49,408 nucleotides of DNA, taken from an uncultured virus (IMG/VR IMGVR_UViG_3300032167_007731). Its lineage: Duplodnaviria > Heunggongvirae > Uroviricota > Caudoviricetes. Below are positions 46,586 through 49,408 of the stretch, piece by piece (the first letter of the stretch is position 1; every line of letters starts with the position of its first letter). Made by a program: the position numbers and the translations under genes. The notes beneath the pieces are model-generated. The model was given only the letters and a program-made list of their open reading frames with translations. It was not told where the DNA came from and ran no database searches. The stretch lies in IMG/VR virus record IMGVR_UViG_3300032167_007731. One strand, written 5' to 3'.

Positions 46586-49408
46586 TTATTTCTTCTTTCC
46601 CTTTTTCTTACCTTTTTTCTTTTTACTATTACCTTTTCTAGCTTTATTGTCATTATGTGATTTTTGTTGTTGCTCACGCTTTTTCCTATTACTATTAGCA
46701 TTTTCTTGTGCTTTTTGTTTATTTTCTTGGTCTCTTTCCCATCTCTCTTTTTGCTTTTCTAATTTTTCATACTCCCTATCTTCTTTCCACTTATCTAATT
46801 CTTTTCTCTTCTTTGCTTCAGCCATTGCTTCTTCTGCTTTTCTTCTTGCTTCTTCTTTTTCCTCTGGTGTTCTATTATCAGGATTTACACCACCTGCTGG
46901 AACAATACCCTCTGGTGGTTTCTGATGTGCTCCATTATTATTATCATTATTATCATTTTTATTTCGTTTAGATAAAATATCTAACTTTTCTGCCAAATCA
47001 TCATTCTGTTTTGACATTTGCTCTTGACGCTTATTGTCTCTAATTCTTTGTTTAATAGCACCTTTTAAACCATTTGAGCCACCCTCAAAAGCACCAGCTA
47101 ATCTCTTACCTTTTTCTGCACCTGCAGCACCTACAACTGCACCACCTACTGCACTTGCACCACGACCTACACCACGAACTGTCTTTCCTGTTAATTTAGT
47201 TACTTTATTTGCTATTCCTTTTGAACCTGCTGCTATAGCAGAACCTACTATTCCTACTGTTGCTAACATAGTACTCATACCAAATTTTTTATATGCTTGA
47301 ATTATCAATTTCATAATTTTCCAAGCAAAGAATAAGTAAACAATACCCATACCTATCATCAAAAGCATTGTCATTGATGGGTCATTAGTAGAAAAGTTCA
47401 TCGATTTACTACCCACATAAGCAGTTAAACCCTCGCCTACAACAAACGAAGTTGCATAAGAAAAACCTATATTTAATGCAGTAAATAATACAGTTGGAAA
47501 TAACATAGTTTTATTAACTGCTTCAAATATTTTATCTGGTGGATTAACCACACAAGCAACACATATTAAAATACCTAAAAAGAATAAACTTAAAAGTATT
47601 ATAAACTTAAATAATGGTATCGCAATACAAGCAATTAAATCACATACAATTAGTAATAACCCTGTAAATATTGATGTTTTAGCCAATACCCTTTCATACA
47701 AATCATTTGTAGCAAATACAGTTTCACCAGTTGAATTTAATAATGCTAATCTCATAAATGCGTCATAATTAAAATTTTTCAATTCAAAACCTTGAGGATA
47801 TAGCATTACAGACTGACCTAAAAACTTATCTTGTGAGAATTCAGCATTAAAATTAAATGTAGCATACATAGCTGCTGCAGACAATAATACATCCTCTCTC
47901 ATATCATAATAATTTACAAGATATAATAGGTCTTCATAAGTTTTTTCAGTTACAGCCTGAATTCTTCTCTCTACATCTGTTAAATCCTTATAAGTGTAAC
48001 CCCTTAAAATCATTTCTGCCTCACTAAATAACATAGGTCTTCCAGCAATAACATAGGATGATGGATTCAAAGTATTATGAATCATAACTTTATTATTACC
48101 AACTGTTACCCTCTTATTATAAACATTTAAATCATATAAGGAATCAACCCAAGGACAATACATATTCCAAACTTTATTCATATCATTTTTTCTTTGCACT
48201 GCTTCTGCATAACCCTCTGAACCATCAGATGTTGTACTTGTTACATTACCATTATCATCTTCCTCAACTTCATATTGGAAATTAAATTCTTCTACTTCAT
48301 AATCATTAGTTTTTTTCCACTCTGCTACATAATCATTACTATCTTTCATATAAGGTATTAAATGAGCAAATAAACCTTCTAAGTCCAAGAAGTCTCTATA
48401 AGTTCCTACCAAATGTTTTTCACTATTTAATAATAAACTCTCTTCTTTACTTATTTTAAACATATCATTACGCAACAATGCTTTATTAAATTCATTTGTT
48501 TCATTTCCTATATGTTCTGAACCATATCTTTCTCTCAATACACTATAAAAATAATAATAAGGACTTTCAGTATTTTTCAAATATATTGCTTTAGATATTT
48601 GTTCTGCACTTTTACCTTCAAAATAATCCTCATCAGGACTAGCAGGTAAATTACTTCCTATTCCACTAACACCAGAAGTGCCTGTCATTCTATTTGTTAT
48701 ATATGGATTCAATGAACCCCATAAACCTATTTTATTTGCAACTTTAAAAACACCTTTCTCATCTTTTTGACCTATTATTTTTATATCTGATAATCTTTCA
48801 TCAGAATATTTAACCTTTGATTTTGAAATTGCATCACTTTGACTTATAAAACCATTATTTATTTCATTTGTTCTAATCAAAGAATACAGATAATTTTTAG
48901 AGTCTATACCTTGACCTAATGTACTAACATAACCTGAAGGTATATTCTTAAACTCATAACTCCCTAGTGAATCAGAACTCAAATCCAATGTATATGAACC
49001 CTCTGAGGTATAAGCAGAAGTTTTCTCTATTTCCTTTCCCCAAGCATAATACGCCTTAGCCTCCAATGCAATAGTATTATAAGGTCTATATACAAAATTA
49101 CCTGCTACTTCTGTATCTACAAATTCTGAATCATATATAAAACTACTAAATAACCACTTAAATATCTCCATATTAGTTATAAAAGAATCAGATAAACTAG
49201 AATCACTATATAAATTCTTAAACATTTCTGCTTTCTTAGGTGACATCCATTTAATTTTAACACCTGCATCACCTGTTGTAGTCAAATCAGAAGTAGCATT
49301 AGATAATGTTAATAATCTATCTTTTTCATTCATTACATCAATACCTGTTAAAGAACTTAATCTTTGTTGGTGCTGACTCATTGCCCAAAAATCAAATCTA
49401 TCTGAATA
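46586..49408 (-). CDS. Large polytopic membrane protein, 5'-truncated by the window (VirB6-like, tentative)
   Basis: Frame is open to the window edge (YSDRFDFWA-MSQ, no RBS before 49381); large soluble domain, ~4-5 TM helices, Gly/Ala-rich segment and charged tail as in extended VirB6 proteins. Confidence 0.6.
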   Translation of the reverse strand, partial: YSDRFDFWAMSQHQQRLSSLTGIDVMNEKDRLLTLSNATSDLTTTGDAGVKIKWMSPKKAEMFKNLYSDSSLSDSFITNMEIFKWLFSSFIYDSEFVDTEVAGNFVYRPYNTIALEAKAYYAWGKEIEKTSAYTSEGSYTLDLSSDSLGSYEFKNIPSGYVSTLGQGIDSKNYLYSLIRTNEINNGFISQSDAISKSKVKYSDERLSDIKIIGQKDEKGVFKVANKIGLWGSLNPYITNRMTGTSGVSGIGSNLPASPDEDYFEGKSAEQISKAIYLKNTESPYYYFYSVLRERYGSEHIGNETNEFNKALLRNDMFKISKEESLLLNSEKHLVGTYRDFLDLEGLFAHLIPYMKDSNDYVAEWKKTNDYEVEEFNFQYEVEEDDNGNVTSTTSDGSEGYAEAVQRKNDMNKVWNMYCPWVDSLYDLNVYNKRVTVGNNKVMIHNTLNPSSYVIAGRPMLFSEAEMILRGYTYKDLTDVERRIQAVTEKTYEDLLYLVNYYDMREDVLLSAAAMYATFNFNAEFSQDKFLGQSVMLYPQGFELKNFNYDAFMRLALLNSTGETVFATNDLYERVLAKTSIFTGLLLIVCDLIACIAIPLFKFIILLSLFFLGILICVACVVNPPDKIFEAVNKTMLFPTVLFTALNIGFSYATSFVVGEGLTAYVGSKSMNFSTNDPSMTMLLMIGMGIVYLFFAWKIMKLIIQAYKKFGMSTMLATVGIVGSAIAAGSKGIANKVTKLTGKTVRGVGRGASAVGGAVVGAAGAEKGKRLAGAFEGGSNGLKGAIKQRIRDNKRQEQMSKQNDDLAEKLDILSKRNKNDNNDNNNGAHQKPPEGIVPAGGVNPDNRTPEEKEEARRKAEEAMAEAKKRKELDKWKEDREYEKLEKQKERWERDQENKQKAQENANSNRKKREQQQKSHNDNKARKGNSKKKKGKKKGKKK

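Noticed and set aside
11007..47300. All other plus-strand ORFs and nested minus ORFs (38674, 45680)
   Set aside because: They overlap longer, motif-bearing minus-strand genes and have shadow-like composition.
1..49408. Alternative genetic code (stop-codon reassignment)
   Set aside because: Genes are full length under code 11 and TAA, TAG and TGA all end genes next to the following start.

Overview
AT-rich, gene-dense window in which every credible gene lies on the minus strand, with Firmicutes-type RBSs (GGAGG/AGGTG) and sigmaA promoters. It reads as part of a large self-replicating, probably conjugative, extrachromosomal element of a Clostridia-like host (megaplasmid or plasmid/phage-like; no virion genes, rRNA, tRNA or CRISPR seen). 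In transcription order (right to left): (1) an atypical type IV secretion/transfer module (large polytopic VirB6-like protein, PrgI/VirB3-like protein, MinD/CpaE-like protein, VirB4 ATPase, 46-aa membrane peptide, FtsK-family ATPase, acidic protein, lipoprotein); (2) a sigmaA-driven Sir2-coaD unit; (3) a replication block (SNF2 helicase, degenerate DnaC-like protein, gyrB, gyrA, degenerate ABC ATPase, DnaB, adenine MTase, stand-alone primase Zn finger, RuvC-like resolvase, Cys-rich protein, catalytically altered NAD-ligase homolog); (4) a SipW-type signal peptidase and a giant secreted protein (at least 3640 aa, missed by the ORF track because it has no stop in the window) with at least 7 glycine-rich domains. 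The clearest hidden structure is a 1246-nt group I intron with a LAGLIDADG homing endonuclease that splits the TOPRIM DxDxD motif of gyrB. Other highlights are several apparently inactivated enzymes and a recurring upstream motif TGGACATAAA. All family assignments come from motifs recognised by eye; no searches were run.
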